Positions 1-8,602 of a stretch of 64,000 nucleotides of DNA are shown here, in pieces (the first letter of the stretch is position 1; every line of letters begins with the position of its first letter). The translations under genes were made by a program, and so were the position numbers. This DNA comes from an uncultured Oscillospiraceae bacterium (lineage in GTDB: Bacteria > Bacillota > Clostridia > Oscillospirales > Oscillospiraceae), in the NCBI GenBank assembly GCA_947587025.1, contig CANPXW010000002.1, forward strand, positions 3,567 through 67,566, given 5' to 3'. The notes beneath the pieces are model-generated. The model had not been told where the DNA came from. It did not search any database and saw only the letters and a list, made by a program, of their open reading frames with translations.

Positions 1-226
1 TCACGTGGCCGTATTTGGTCACCACCACGCCGCCGTCCACATGGTCCAGCGCGTCCGAGGCGGCCTTGGCCATCTGCCAGGCGGCCTTGCCCACCGCCGC
101 CAGCAGGGTCCTCCCGCCGGCGGGCTCATAGTCCCGCAGCGCCCGGCGCACCGCCTCGTCCGGCAGCACCGCCCGCAGGCTGGCCGACACGATGGCGTCC
201 GCGTGAGCCCGAAGGGTCTTGTCCAT
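1..226 (-). CDS. Glycerate kinase-like protein (MOFRL/DUF4147 family), N-terminal 75 codons only; continues past the left window edge
   Basis: Manual translation of the minus strand from ATG at 226 gives MDKTLRAHADAIVSASLRAVLPDEAVRRALRDYEPAGGRTLLAAVGKAAWQMAKAASDALDHVDGGVVVTKYGHV. This is the typical N-terminus of glycerate 2-kinase/TtuD-type proteins. AGGAGGAG lies upstream of the ATG. The ORF is absent from the track because it is open-ended. Confidence 0.65.
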   Translation of the reverse strand, partial: MDKTLRAHADAIVSASLRAVLPDEAVRRALRDYEPAGGRTLLAAVGKAAWQMAKAASDALDHVDGGVVVTKYGHV

Positions 227-266
227 AGTCCGCTCCTCCTCTAGTCTCCGTATCTTATCTCCCGCT

Positions 267-2138
267 TCATTCCAGCATGGCCAGACGGCGGCGGTACAGG
301 TCCTCGTAAGCATCCGCCGTCCAGCGCTCCAGGTCGGCCCGCAGCCGCTCCCGCCGCTCCGGCGCGGCCAGCAGGTCCACCACGAAGGGGGCGTACCGGC
401 CGCCGGAGCCCTGCCGCAGCTCGTCGTACACCTGCTCCAGGGTCTTGGGGGGATTGTAAAGGCTGCCCACGGTGTCGGTGGCGGCGGTGATGGCGTCGGC
501 GGCGGCCACGATGTATATCATGGCCCGGACCGGGGAGGCGCTGGGGGAAAAGCCCACCGGGTAGCCGCCCTTTTCGTCGTACCGGCAGTGGTGGCCGTAG
601 GCCGCGTCCGCATAGGCGGCGGTGGACTCGTGTTCGATCAGCAGCTTGTGCCCGCAGTAGGCGTGCAGCTGCAGCAGGGCGTACTCGTCCTCAAAAAGCC
701 CCCGGCAGGACAGGATGGCGATGTTGAAGCAGTGGACCATGCCCACGTCGTACAGCCGCCCGGCCCTCTCGGCAAAGGCGCACAGCTCCTCCTTCTTCGC
801 CCGGACCTGATCGGCGTCGGCGCAGCCCAGCAGGCCGGTCAGCTGCTCGGGGCAGTCCTCCGCCGCCCAGGCGCACAGGGCGCGGGCGATCTGCCCGGCA
901 CGCCACAGGCGGGCGTAGCCGGTGGGATGGCGGAAGGCGAACACGTTCTGCACCAGCTCGAAAAAGCTCATGCCCCCCGGGGTCTCCCGGTACACGTACA
1001 GTATCTGGCGCAGATAGAACAGGAACTGCTCGTTGTAGTCGTTGTTGGGCACCCGCGCCATCCAGCGGAACATCCGCCGTATCATCCGGTCGATGCGCCC
1101 GGCGTGGCGGTCCGTCATGGGCTCGTTCTGGGTGCGCATGTATTCCATATACACGGCCGGCACGCTGGCGTGGGAGAACATGCTCTGGGGGTCGTAGCTG
1201 TCGTCCGGCTCGGCAGAGGACAGGGCGTACAGCGCGTCCAGCAGCTCCGTCAGGGTCATGGCCCCGCAGTGGTACAGGGCGGCCAGGTACGCGTACTGCC
1301 ACCGGGGCTGGAGCGGCTCGCCCCGCTCCCGCGCCTGGCGGACCTGCCGGTCCTGGACGATCTGGGCCGACTCCAGCACCTGGGCGAACACCTCCGGCTC
1401 GGCGTGGCCGCTGCGCAGATAGCTGAGCATGGTGGTCCGCTCCTGGTGGGACATGTAAAGATACCGGTCCCAGGGCAGGGACGGGGTCTTGGCCCGCACA
1501 TCCGCATCGGACAGCAGGGCGATGGAGCGCTTCATGGCCGCCAGCTTGGCCCGGGCCGTGGCCGGGTCGTTGCCGTTATAACCCAGGGCGATGTTGCCCA
1601 TGCTCCGGTGGATATAGCCCCGTATCTCCGGGTCGGTGATGTCGTCGTAGGCGGTGTCGTAATAGGACGCGGCCTCGGCAAAGCTCATGCGCATCCGGGC
1701 GGCGAACAGCCGGATGGAGCTGGGGGAGAGCATGGTCTCCATATTGTGCAGGCACATGCCCGTCCAATACAGCTGACGGATGGTCATATCCCGGTCGCCG
1801 GTGCGGCGGGCGTGCTCCAATAGAGCCGTGTGGATGCGGAAGGCCAGCCCCGCGTCCTTCTGGGCCACGCCGGCCATCAGCTCATCGGCAAATTCCCGCA
1901 GCGAGGCCAGCTCCTCCGCCGGGGCGGAGGGCAGATCGTCCAGCACCGGGAACAGCTCCCGGCGCAGCAGCTCGGTGCCCTCGGCCACCCGCTCCAGGGA
2001 CTGGCGGCTGGAAACGCGCACCCCGTCCATGAACGCGGCGGGACCCACCTTCTCCAGGGACAGGTCCGCTCCCTGGCGCATCTGGCCCAGCAGGGCCAGG
2101 TATCGCTGCTGATACGCTCTCATGCCGCGCCCCCTCAC
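267..2138 (-). CDS. HD-GYP-like domain protein with a large uncharacterised N-terminal region; the HD dyad appears degenerate
   Basis: The C-terminal ~200 aa align by eye to the HD-GYP layout: LYDVGM in place of LHDIGK, GHHCRYDEKGGYP in place of HHExxDGxGYP, AADAITAATD in place of aDvfDAlt. Its start overlaps the stop of the upstream kinase by 4 nt. Confidence 0.6.
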   Translation of the reverse strand: MRGRGMRAYQQRYLALLGQMRQGADLSLEKVGPAAFMDGVRVSSRQSLERVAEGTELLRRELFPVLDDLPSAPAEELASLREFADELMAGVAQKDAGLAFRIHTALLEHARRTGDRDMTIRQLYWTGMCLHNMETMLSPSSIRLFAARMRMSFAEAASYYDTAYDDITDPEIRGYIHRSMGNIALGYNGNDPATARAKLAAMKRSIALLSDADVRAKTPSLPWDRYLYMSHQERTTMLSYLRSGHAEPEVFAQVLESAQIVQDRQVRQARERGEPLQPRWQYAYLAALYHCGAMTLTELLDALYALSSAEPDDSYDPQSMFSHASVPAVYMEYMRTQNEPMTDRHAGRIDRMIRRMFRWMARVPNNDYNEQFLFYLRQILYVYRETPGGMSFFELVQNVFAFRHPTGYARLWRAGQIARALCAWAAEDCPEQLTGLLGCADADQVRAKKEELCAFAERAGRLYDVGMVHCFNIAILSCRGLFEDEYALLQLHAYCGHKLLIEHESTAAYADAAYGHHCRYDEKGGYPVGFSPSASPVRAMIYIVAAADAITAATDTVGSLYNPPKTLEQVYDELRQGSGGRYAPFVVDLLAAPERRERLRADLERWTADAYEDLYRRRLAMLE

Positions 2139-4045
2139 ACCAGCTGGGCCCGGAGCACGTCCGCCAGCTGCTGGGGGCTGATGGGCTTGGCCACATGGGC
2201 GTTCATGCCCGCCTGCTCGCAGGCGCGGATGTCCTCCACGAAGGCGTTGGCGGTCATGGCTACGATGGGCACGGTGCCGCTGTCGGACCGGGGCAGTGCC
2301 CGGATGGCCCGCGCTGCGGCGAAGCCGTCCATCTCCGGCATCTGGATGTCCATGAAGATGAGGTCGAAATATCCCTCATCGCTGCCGCTGAACATCTCCA
2401 CGGCCTGGCGGCCGTTCTCGGCGCACTCGGCCGCGACCCCCATCATCTCCAGCAGCTCCACCGCGATCTCCCGGTTGAGCTCGTTGTCCTCCGCCAGCAG
2501 CACCCGCCGGCCGGTGAAATCGTCCCCGCTCTTCCCCTCCGCCTGGGCGGCCTGGCGGCCGGCCTCGGTGAAGCCGGTGAGCACCTGGCACAGGCGGGAG
2601 CGGAACAGGGGCTTGGGCACGAAGGCGCTGATGCCGTATTTGCGCATCTCGTCGGCGCTGTAGGGCCACTCATAGGAGGAGGTGACCAGGATGGGCACGT
2701 CCGGGCCCAGGATGGCCCGCAGCTGGCGGCTGGCCTGCACCCCGTCCAGCACCGGCATGCGCCAGGCCAGCAGGACGGCGAAGTAGTCCCGGCCCTCCAG
2801 ATGGGCCTGGGCGGCCATGTCGATGGCGCTGGCCGTGTCGGTGCACACGTCGCACTGCATGCCCAGATCCTCCGCCAGGTCCTGCAGATGCAGCCGGGCC
2901 GCCTCGTGGTCCGCCGCCAGCAGACGCAGGCCCCGCAGCTGCTCGGCGCCCTCCTCCTGGGCCTCCAGCTGCTCCAGGGGCAGGGTCACGGTGAACCGGG
3001 AGCCCTTGCCCTGGCGGCTGACCACGGAGATGTCGCCGTTCATCATCTCCACCAGGTTGTGGGTGATGGCCATGCCCAGGCCGGTGCCCTCGATGCGGTC
3101 CACGCTGTCGGCCCGCTCGAAGGGCTGGAACAGTCTGGTCAAAAATTCCGGGCTCATGCCCATGCCCGTGTCCTCGACCACGAACTCATAGTAGGCATAG
3201 CTGCCGCTCTTATTGTAGCGCTCGCCGGTCTCCCGCACCCGCAGGGCGACAGTGCCGCCCTCGGGGGTGAATTTGACGGCGTTGCCCAGGATGTTGATGA
3301 GCACCTGCTGGATGCGCAGCTGGTCGCCCCGGACGTGCTCGCAGCGGATGCCGGTGAAATCCAGCTCCACCTTCTGCCGCTTTCTGTCCGCCTGGGGCTG
3401 GAGCACCGCCATCAGCCCGTGCAAAAACTCGTCCATGGTGAACGCCTCGGGATTGAGGGTCATCTTGCCGCTCTCGATGCGGCTCATGTCCAGGATGTCG
3501 TTGATCAGCCCCAGCAGATGGCGGCTGGACAGGCCGATCTTCTCCAGGCAGTCCGCCACCCGGTCGGCGTCGTCCATGTGGGCCTGGGCGATGGTGGTCA
3601 TGCCGATGATGGCGTTGAGGGGCGTGCGGATGTCATGGGACATATGGGAGAGGAAGTCGCTCTTGGCCCGGGAGGCGGCGTTGGCCGCATCCAGGGCGCT
3701 GCGCAGGGCCTCGTTGGCGGCCTCCAGCCGCTCCTGCTGGCGGCGGGTCTCCTCCGTCACGTCCAGCAGCAGCACCAGGCACAGCTCCTCCCCCCAGGGG
3801 GCGGACCGGACGTTGAACTGCTGTCCGGCGCATGTCAGCTCCTGCTCCCCGGCGACGCGGCCCACCATGGTCCGGTCCAGCAGCGCCGTCATCTCGTGTA
3901 GCAGCAGCCCGATCCCCGGCAGGCGCTCAGCCGCCGGGTTGGCATAGACGCACTGCCACTGGCCCTCCCCGTCGGGGCGGGTCAGCAGCACCGGCGCAGG
4001 CAGCCGCTCCAGAGCGGCCTCCGGTCCAAGCTTAGACTGGTCCAT
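2135..4045 (-). CDS. Hybrid sensor histidine kinase / response regulator (PAS-like N-terminus, HisKA, HATPase, two receiver domains)
   Basis: H-box SHMSHDIRTPLN; G-boxes DTGMGM and GTGLGMAI. The C-terminal receiver has DLIFMDIQMPEMDG. The internal receiver-like domain lacks the acceptor Asp (VLLAWRMPVLDG). Start set at ATG 4045 (MDQSKLG), preceded by GGGAGG; the longer track ORF would run into the upstream gene. Confidence 0.9.
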   Translation of the reverse strand: MDQSKLGPEAALERLPAPVLLTRPDGEGQWQCVYANPAAERLPGIGLLLHEMTALLDRTMVGRVAGEQELTCAGQQFNVRSAPWGEELCLVLLLDVTEETRRQQERLEAANEALRSALDAANAASRAKSDFLSHMSHDIRTPLNAIIGMTTIAQAHMDDADRVADCLEKIGLSSRHLLGLINDILDMSRIESGKMTLNPEAFTMDEFLHGLMAVLQPQADRKRQKVELDFTGIRCEHVRGDQLRIQQVLINILGNAVKFTPEGGTVALRVRETGERYNKSGSYAYYEFVVEDTGMGMSPEFLTRLFQPFERADSVDRIEGTGLGMAITHNLVEMMNGDISVVSRQGKGSRFTVTLPLEQLEAQEEGAEQLRGLRLLAADHEAARLHLQDLAEDLGMQCDVCTDTASAIDMAAQAHLEGRDYFAVLLAWRMPVLDGVQASRQLRAILGPDVPILVTSSYEWPYSADEMRKYGISAFVPKPLFRSRLCQVLTGFTEAGRQAAQAEGKSGDDFTGRRVLLAEDNELNREIAVELLEMMGVAAECAENGRQAVEMFSGSDEGYFDLIFMDIQMPEMDGFAAARAIRALPRSDSGTVPIVAMTANAFVEDIRACEQAGMNAHVAKPISPQQLADVLRAQLV

Positions 4046-4077
4046 ATGTCCCTCCCAGTTTCGATACAGCGCGCTCT

Positions 4078-5097
4078 TCAGAAGCGGCAGACGTTGTCCG
4101 GGCCGATGTCGGCCAGGGTGGGCGTGCCGCACATGGTCATGGTGTCCCGCAGCTCGCCGATGAGCTTATCCAGGTACACCGTCAGGCCCTCGGCGCCGGC
4201 GGCGTAGATGAAGGGCACCACCGGCCGGCCCACCAGCACCGCGTCCGCGCCCAGGGCCAGCGCCCGGAACACGTCCACGCCGGAGCGGAGGCCCCCGTCC
4301 ACGAACACGGGGATGCGGCCGTCCACCGCCTTGGCGATGGCGGGCAGCACCTCCGCTGTGGAGGGCACGCCCCCCTGGACACGGCCGCCGTGGTTGGACA
4401 CCACGATGGCCGCCGCGCCGCCCTCGATGGCCTTCTCCGCGCCTCGGGGGGTCATGATGCCCTTGACGATGAAGGGCATTTTGGCGTAGGCCGTGATCTG
4501 GCACAGCTCGTCCACGGACTTGCTGCCGGCGTTGGGGTTATAGGCCTTCAAAAAGGGCAGGCCGGCCCCGTCCACGTCCATGGCGGCGGCGAAGATGCCG
4601 TTGGCGTTGAGGATGTCCAGCTTCTCGAACACGGCCTCCAGGTTCCAGGGCTTGATGGTGGGGATGCCCATGCCGCCCACCTTTATCATGTCCTGGACGG
4701 AGCTCTTCATGATCTCCGGGTCCATGCCGTCGCCGGTGAGGGCGGCCACGCCGTACTCCGCCGCAGCGGGGACCAGGACGCTGTTGTAGGAATAGTCGCT
4801 GTGCTTGTCCCCGTAGTGCAGCTTCAGCCCGCCCAGGGGCGCGATGAACACAGGGGCCTTGAAATCGTGCCCGAACAGGCGGAAGGTGGTGTCGATGGGC
4901 CTGTTGGGGCACAGGGTGTCCATGTTGACGCATATCTGCTGCCACTTGGCGTAATTGCGGGCGGCCACGTTGTCGGGCGCCTTGCAGCCGGGGCCGGGCA
5001 CGGCGTTGCCGCAGGCCCTGCCGTCGCACACCGGGCAGGCCTTGCAGTATGGCCCGATCTGCCCTCTGGCGGCGGTAAGTATCTCGTTGTAGGTCAC
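4078..5097 (-). CDS. FMN-dependent alpha-hydroxy-acid oxidising enzyme (lactate/glycolate oxidase-like TIM barrel) with an N-terminal Cys cluster
   Basis: Family-typical motifs VVSNHGGR and FVDGGLRSG. N-terminal CKACPVCDGRAC. GTG start at 5097 with GGAGGA 7 nt upstream. Confidence 0.8.
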   Translation of the reverse strand: MTYNEILTAARGQIGPYCKACPVCDGRACGNAVPGPGCKAPDNVAARNYAKWQQICVNMDTLCPNRPIDTTFRLFGHDFKAPVFIAPLGGLKLHYGDKHSDYSYNSVLVPAAAEYGVAALTGDGMDPEIMKSSVQDMIKVGGMGIPTIKPWNLEAVFEKLDILNANGIFAAAMDVDGAGLPFLKAYNPNAGSKSVDELCQITAYAKMPFIVKGIMTPRGAEKAIEGGAAAIVVSNHGGRVQGGVPSTAEVLPAIAKAVDGRIPVFVDGGLRSGVDVFRALALGADAVLVGRPVVPFIYAAGAEGLTVYLDKLIGELRDTMTMCGTPTLADIGPDNVCRF

Positions 5098-5129
5098 GGT
5101 CCCATCCTCCGAAATATGTTTTTTCCTTT

Positions 5130-5157
5130 ATTATAATCTATTGGTGGAAAATGTCAA
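5130..5157 (-). promoter_or_regulatory. Sigma-A-type promoter candidate for the oxidase/kinase operon
   Basis: The minus strand reads TTGACA (5157-5152), a 16-nt spacer, then TATAAT (5135-5130). Confidence 0.5.
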
Positions 5158-5277
5158 TCGGCACCCGGCGGGGGCCTGGGTTTGTAAACTGTGACCAAAA
5201 CGGACGCCGCAAACCGGCATAGTGTCGGTGGAATTGATGATGTTGAAAGTTTTGAAAATCGGAATTTCATTTTTCCC

Positions 5278-5306
5278 TTGAAAAATCCGGGAAGAGCCGC
5301 TATAAT
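5278..5306 (+). promoter_or_regulatory. Sigma-A-type promoter candidate for the TAXI-TRAP operon
   Basis: TTGAAA (5278-5283), 17-nt spacer, TATAAT (5301-5306). Confidence 0.6.
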
Positions 5307-5310
5307 ACCC

Positions 5311-5331
5311 CTATCACGAAATTCGCGATAG
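5311..5331. promoter_or_regulatory. Imperfect 21-bp palindrome (operator candidate) just downstream of the -10 box
   Basis: CTATCACGAA A TTCGCGATAG has 10-nt arms with one mismatch and begins 5 nt after the TATAAT. Confidence 0.4.
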
Positions 5332-5368
5332 AAAAAAATGCAAACACATCAACAAGGAGGAACCTAAC

Positions 5369-6412
5369 ATGAAGAACCTGTTCAAGACCCTGGCGCTGGT
5401 CATGGCGCTGGTCATGGTATGCAGCTGCTTCGGCGTGGCCGCCCTGGCGGCCGAGGGCGAGGCCGAGGCCGACGAGGCGGAAGAGGCCGCCGCGCCCGCT
5501 CTGGAGCCCAAGGAAGGCGGCTCCGAGGTCACCTTCACCACCGGCAGCACCACCGGCACCTACTACGGCTTCGGCGGCGTGATGGCCGGCAAGATCAGCG
5601 AGGTCACCAGCACCACCGTCACCGTCGTCTCCAGCGACGGCTCCCAGGCCAACATCTACGCCCTGCAGGACGGCGACGCCGATCTGGGCTTCGTGCAGTC
5701 CGACGTGATGGCCTACGCTTACAACGGCGAGCGCCTGTTCGAGGAGGACGGCGCTGACACCGGCTTCTCCACCGTGGGCGCGCTGTACATGGAGGCCGTC
5801 CAGATCGTCACCCTGGACCCGGACATCAAGACCGTTGAGGATCTGAAGGGCAAGAAGGTCTCCATCGGCGCTCCCGCCTCCGGCGTGTACTTCAACGCCA
5901 TCGACGTGCTGGACGCCTACGGCATGACCGAGGACGACATCGAGCCCTGGCGGCAGAACTTTGACGACTCCGCCGAGTCCCTGCAGGACGGCGAGATCGA
6001 CGCCGCCTTCATCGTGGCCGGCGCCCCCACCACCGCCATCACCACCCTGGCCGAGACGGCCGGCAAGCCCGCGCATCTGGTGAGCCTGGACAAGGAGCAC
6101 ATCGACGCGCTGGTGGAGAGCTCCCCCTTCTATAAGCCCTTCACCGTTCCCGCCGACGCCTACGGCATGGAGGAGGACACCGAGACCATCGCCATGAGCG
6201 CCGTGGTCATCGCCAACGACGACGTGGCCGAGGAGGACGTTTACAACTTCCTGTGCGGCGTGTTCGAGAACCTGGACGACCTGGGCCACGACAAGGCCAA
6301 GGAGCTGAGCCTGGAGTTCGCCGCCTCCGTGGTGGACGTGCCCTATCACCCCGGCGCTGTCGCCTTCTTCGCTGACAAGGGCATCGAGGTCCCCGCGAAG
6401 GAAGCCGAGTAA
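5369..6412 (+). CDS. TAXI-family TRAP transporter solute-binding protein (secreted or lipid-anchored)
   Basis: N-terminal signal peptide MKNLFKTLALVMALVMVCSC. TAXI-typical TTGSTTGTYYGFGG. AAGGAGGA ribosome-binding site upstream. Confidence 0.85.
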   Translation: MKNLFKTLALVMALVMVCSCFGVAALAAEGEAEADEAEEAAAPALEPKEGGSEVTFTTGSTTGTYYGFGGVMAGKISEVTSTTVTVVSSDGSQANIYALQDGDADLGFVQSDVMAYAYNGERLFEEDGADTGFSTVGALYMEAVQIVTLDPDIKTVEDLKGKKVSIGAPASGVYFNAIDVLDAYGMTEDDIEPWRQNFDDSAESLQDGEIDAAFIVAGAPTTAITTLAETAGKPAHLVSLDKEHIDALVESSPFYKPFTVPADAYGMEEDTETIAMSAVVIANDDVAEEDVYNFLCGVFENLDDLGHDKAKELSLEFAASVVDVPYHPGAVAFFADKGIEVPAKEAE

Positions 6413-6547
6413 CATCCCATCTGTGACCGTCTATTATGCCGCAGCGGGCGTGCCCGCTGCGGCATACCACAACTGTGCGCGGCAGATGGATGCGCATCGC
6501 CCATGACGCGCGTCCATGTGTCGCGCCCCGCGAGAAAGGAGCTGCCC

Positions 6548-8545
6548 ATGGCCAAAGAGGAAAAGAAAAAACTGCCCGACCCCGTCCCGGAGGAGGACAC
6601 CTCCACCGGCACCGCCGCCGACGTGGACGAGGTGATGAAGAAATATGACCGGGAGTCCAACGTCCGCGTCTGGGATGGCTGGCAAAAGCAGGCCATCCGC
6701 GCCCTGTGCGCGATCTTTTCCGTATACTGCGTCTGGGTGACCCTGTTCAGCAACATGCTGCCCCAGGAGAAGCTGAACATCTTTCTGGGGCTCATCCTCA
6801 TCATCGGCTATCTGAACTACCCCATCAAAAAGGGCCACGTGAAGGTCAACTCCCTGCCCTGGTATGACATCGTCATCATGGTGGCCGGGGCCATCCCGTT
6901 TTTCTACTTCGCCCTGAACGCGGCGGACATCATCGCCAAGGCCTCCCGCATCACCAAGGACCCCAAGATGGTGATCATGGCCATCGTGAGCATCCTGGCG
7001 TTCATGGAGCTGTGCCGCCGGTGCGTGGGCATCCCCATCCTGTGCGTGGTGGGGGCGCTGGGGGTATATACCTTCGCCAACGTCCGGTTCGGCAAGGTGA
7101 TATACGATCTGTTCTACACCACCAACGGGCTGATGAACACCCCCATCAACGTCTGCGCCAAGTATATCGTGGTGTTCATCATCTTCGGCGCGTTCCTGGA
7201 GCGAACAGGCATCTCCGCCTTCTTCATAAACCTGGCCAACTGCGTGGCGGGCGCCTCCGCCGGCGGTCCGGCCAAGGTGGCGGTCATATCCTCCGCCCTG
7301 TGCGGCATGGTGTCCGGCTCCTCCGTGGGCAACACCGTCACCACCGGCTCGGTCACCATCCCCATGATGAAAAAGACCGGCTACAAGGGCGAGTTCGCCG
7401 GGGCCGTGGAAGCGGCCGCCTCCACCGGCGGGCAGATCATGCCCCCCATCATGGGCGCGGCGGCCTTCCTCATGAGCGAGTACATGGGCATCCCCTACAG
7501 CCAGGTGGCCCTCAAGGCCATCCTGCCGGCGGTGCTGTACTTCGCCGGCATCTACATCGTGGTGCACCTGGAGGCCAAAAAGCTGGGCCTGCGGGGCATC
7601 CCCCGCTCGGAGCTGCCCCGGTTCACCAAGCTGCTGCCGAAGATATATCTGCTGCTGCCGCTGATCGTGCTGGTGTGGCTGGTATCCTCCGGCACCCGCA
7701 CCATGCAGACCTCCGCCGCCATCGCCATCCTGGTGACCGTCGTCATCGGCGTGGTCAACACCATCATCACCAAGGTGACCGGCAGCGGCGACACCACGGA
7801 CAACCTCACGCTGGGCAAGTTCATCGACGCGCTGGAGGCCGGCGCCAAGAGCACCATCACCGTGGCCGTGGCCTGCGCCATGGCGGGCCTGGTGGCCGGG
7901 TGCATCACCTCCACGGGCCTGGCGTCCAAGCTCATCACCGCCGTGGTGGCCATCTCCGGCGGCCGCGCCATCATCGCCCTGTTTTTGACCATGCTGTGCT
8001 GCATCGTGCTGGGCATGGGCGTGCCCACCACCGCCAACTACTGCATCATGGCCTCCACCTGCGCCCCCATCCTGATGAGCGACGCCATCGGCATCGCCCC
8101 GGTGGCCGCCCACTTCTTCGTGTTCTACTTCGGCATCGTGGCCGACATCACCCCGCCGGTGGCCCTGGCGGCCTACGCCGGCTCCGCCATCGCCAAGGCC
8201 CCGCCCATGAAGACCGCCTTCAACGCCACAAAGCTGGCCATCGCCGCCTTCGTGGTGCCCTACATCTTCGCCCTGAACCCGGCCATGCTGCTGGTGGACA
8301 CCACCGCCTTCCAGGTGGTTCAGGTGGTCATCACCTCCATTCTGGGCATCATGGCCCTGGGCATCGGCCTGCAGGGGTATCTGCGGGGGACCGTGGCCTG
8401 GCCGCTGCGCATCGTGGCCCTGGCCGCCGGCCTGTTCCTCATCTACCCCGGCACCGTCAGCGACCTGGTGGGCCTGGCGGTGGTGGTGGGCATCTACCTG
8501 TTCCAGCGGTTCGTGCATAAGAACGACGCCCCCGCCGCAGCGTAA
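6548..8545 (+). CDS. TRAP transporter fused permease (DctQ/DctM-type, TAXI-associated)
   Basis: Highly hydrophobic polytopic protein of about 665 aa immediately downstream of the TAXI receptor. Start set at ATG 6548 (MAKEEKKK), preceded by AGAAAGGAG. Confidence 0.85.
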   Translation: MAKEEKKKLPDPVPEEDTSTGTAADVDEVMKKYDRESNVRVWDGWQKQAIRALCAIFSVYCVWVTLFSNMLPQEKLNIFLGLILIIGYLNYPIKKGHVKVNSLPWYDIVIMVAGAIPFFYFALNAADIIAKASRITKDPKMVIMAIVSILAFMELCRRCVGIPILCVVGALGVYTFANVRFGKVIYDLFYTTNGLMNTPINVCAKYIVVFIIFGAFLERTGISAFFINLANCVAGASAGGPAKVAVISSALCGMVSGSSVGNTVTTGSVTIPMMKKTGYKGEFAGAVEAAASTGGQIMPPIMGAAAFLMSEYMGIPYSQVALKAILPAVLYFAGIYIVVHLEAKKLGLRGIPRSELPRFTKLLPKIYLLLPLIVLVWLVSSGTRTMQTSAAIAILVTVVIGVVNTIITKVTGSGDTTDNLTLGKFIDALEAGAKSTITVAVACAMAGLVAGCITSTGLASKLITAVVAISGGRAIIALFLTMLCCIVLGMGVPTTANYCIMASTCAPILMSDAIGIAPVAAHFFVFYFGIVADITPPVALAAYAGSAIAKAPPMKTAFNATKLAIAAFVVPYIFALNPAMLLVDTTAFQVVQVVITSILGIMALGIGLQGYLRGTVAWPLRIVALAAGLFLIYPGTVSDLVGLAVVVGIYLFQRFVHKNDAPAAA

Positions 8546-8554
8546 AATACACAC

Positions 8555-8595
8555 AAAAAACGCGGGACCCTCGCCACGAGGGTCCCGCGTTTTCC
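8555..8595. terminator. Bidirectional intrinsic terminator
   Basis: CGCGGGACCCTC / GAGGGTCCCGCG 12-bp stem (8561-8572 / 8578-8589), flanked by an A-run and a T-run. Confidence 0.8.
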
Positions 8596-8602
8596 TTTTG
8601 CC

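Noticed and set aside
5-244. 79-aa plus-strand ORF at the left edge.
   Set aside because: The minus strand of the same region translates into a convincing glycerate-kinase N-terminus with a strong ribosome-binding site. The plus-strand product is Arg/His/Pro-rich with no recognisable motif.
219-1823. Long antisense or alternative-frame ORFs throughout the track, for example 219-1823(+), 2195-3901(+), 5300-6415(-), 6434-8554(-), 13602-14948(-), 15455-16765(-), 22728-25001(+), 46174-48243(+), 53832-55928(-), 60812-62146(-).
   Set aside because: They lie opposite or out of frame to ORFs with clear family motifs. Their translations are Arg/Gly/Pro/His-rich low-complexity sequence, as expected when stop codons are rare in GC-rich DNA. 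They also lack ribosome-binding sites.
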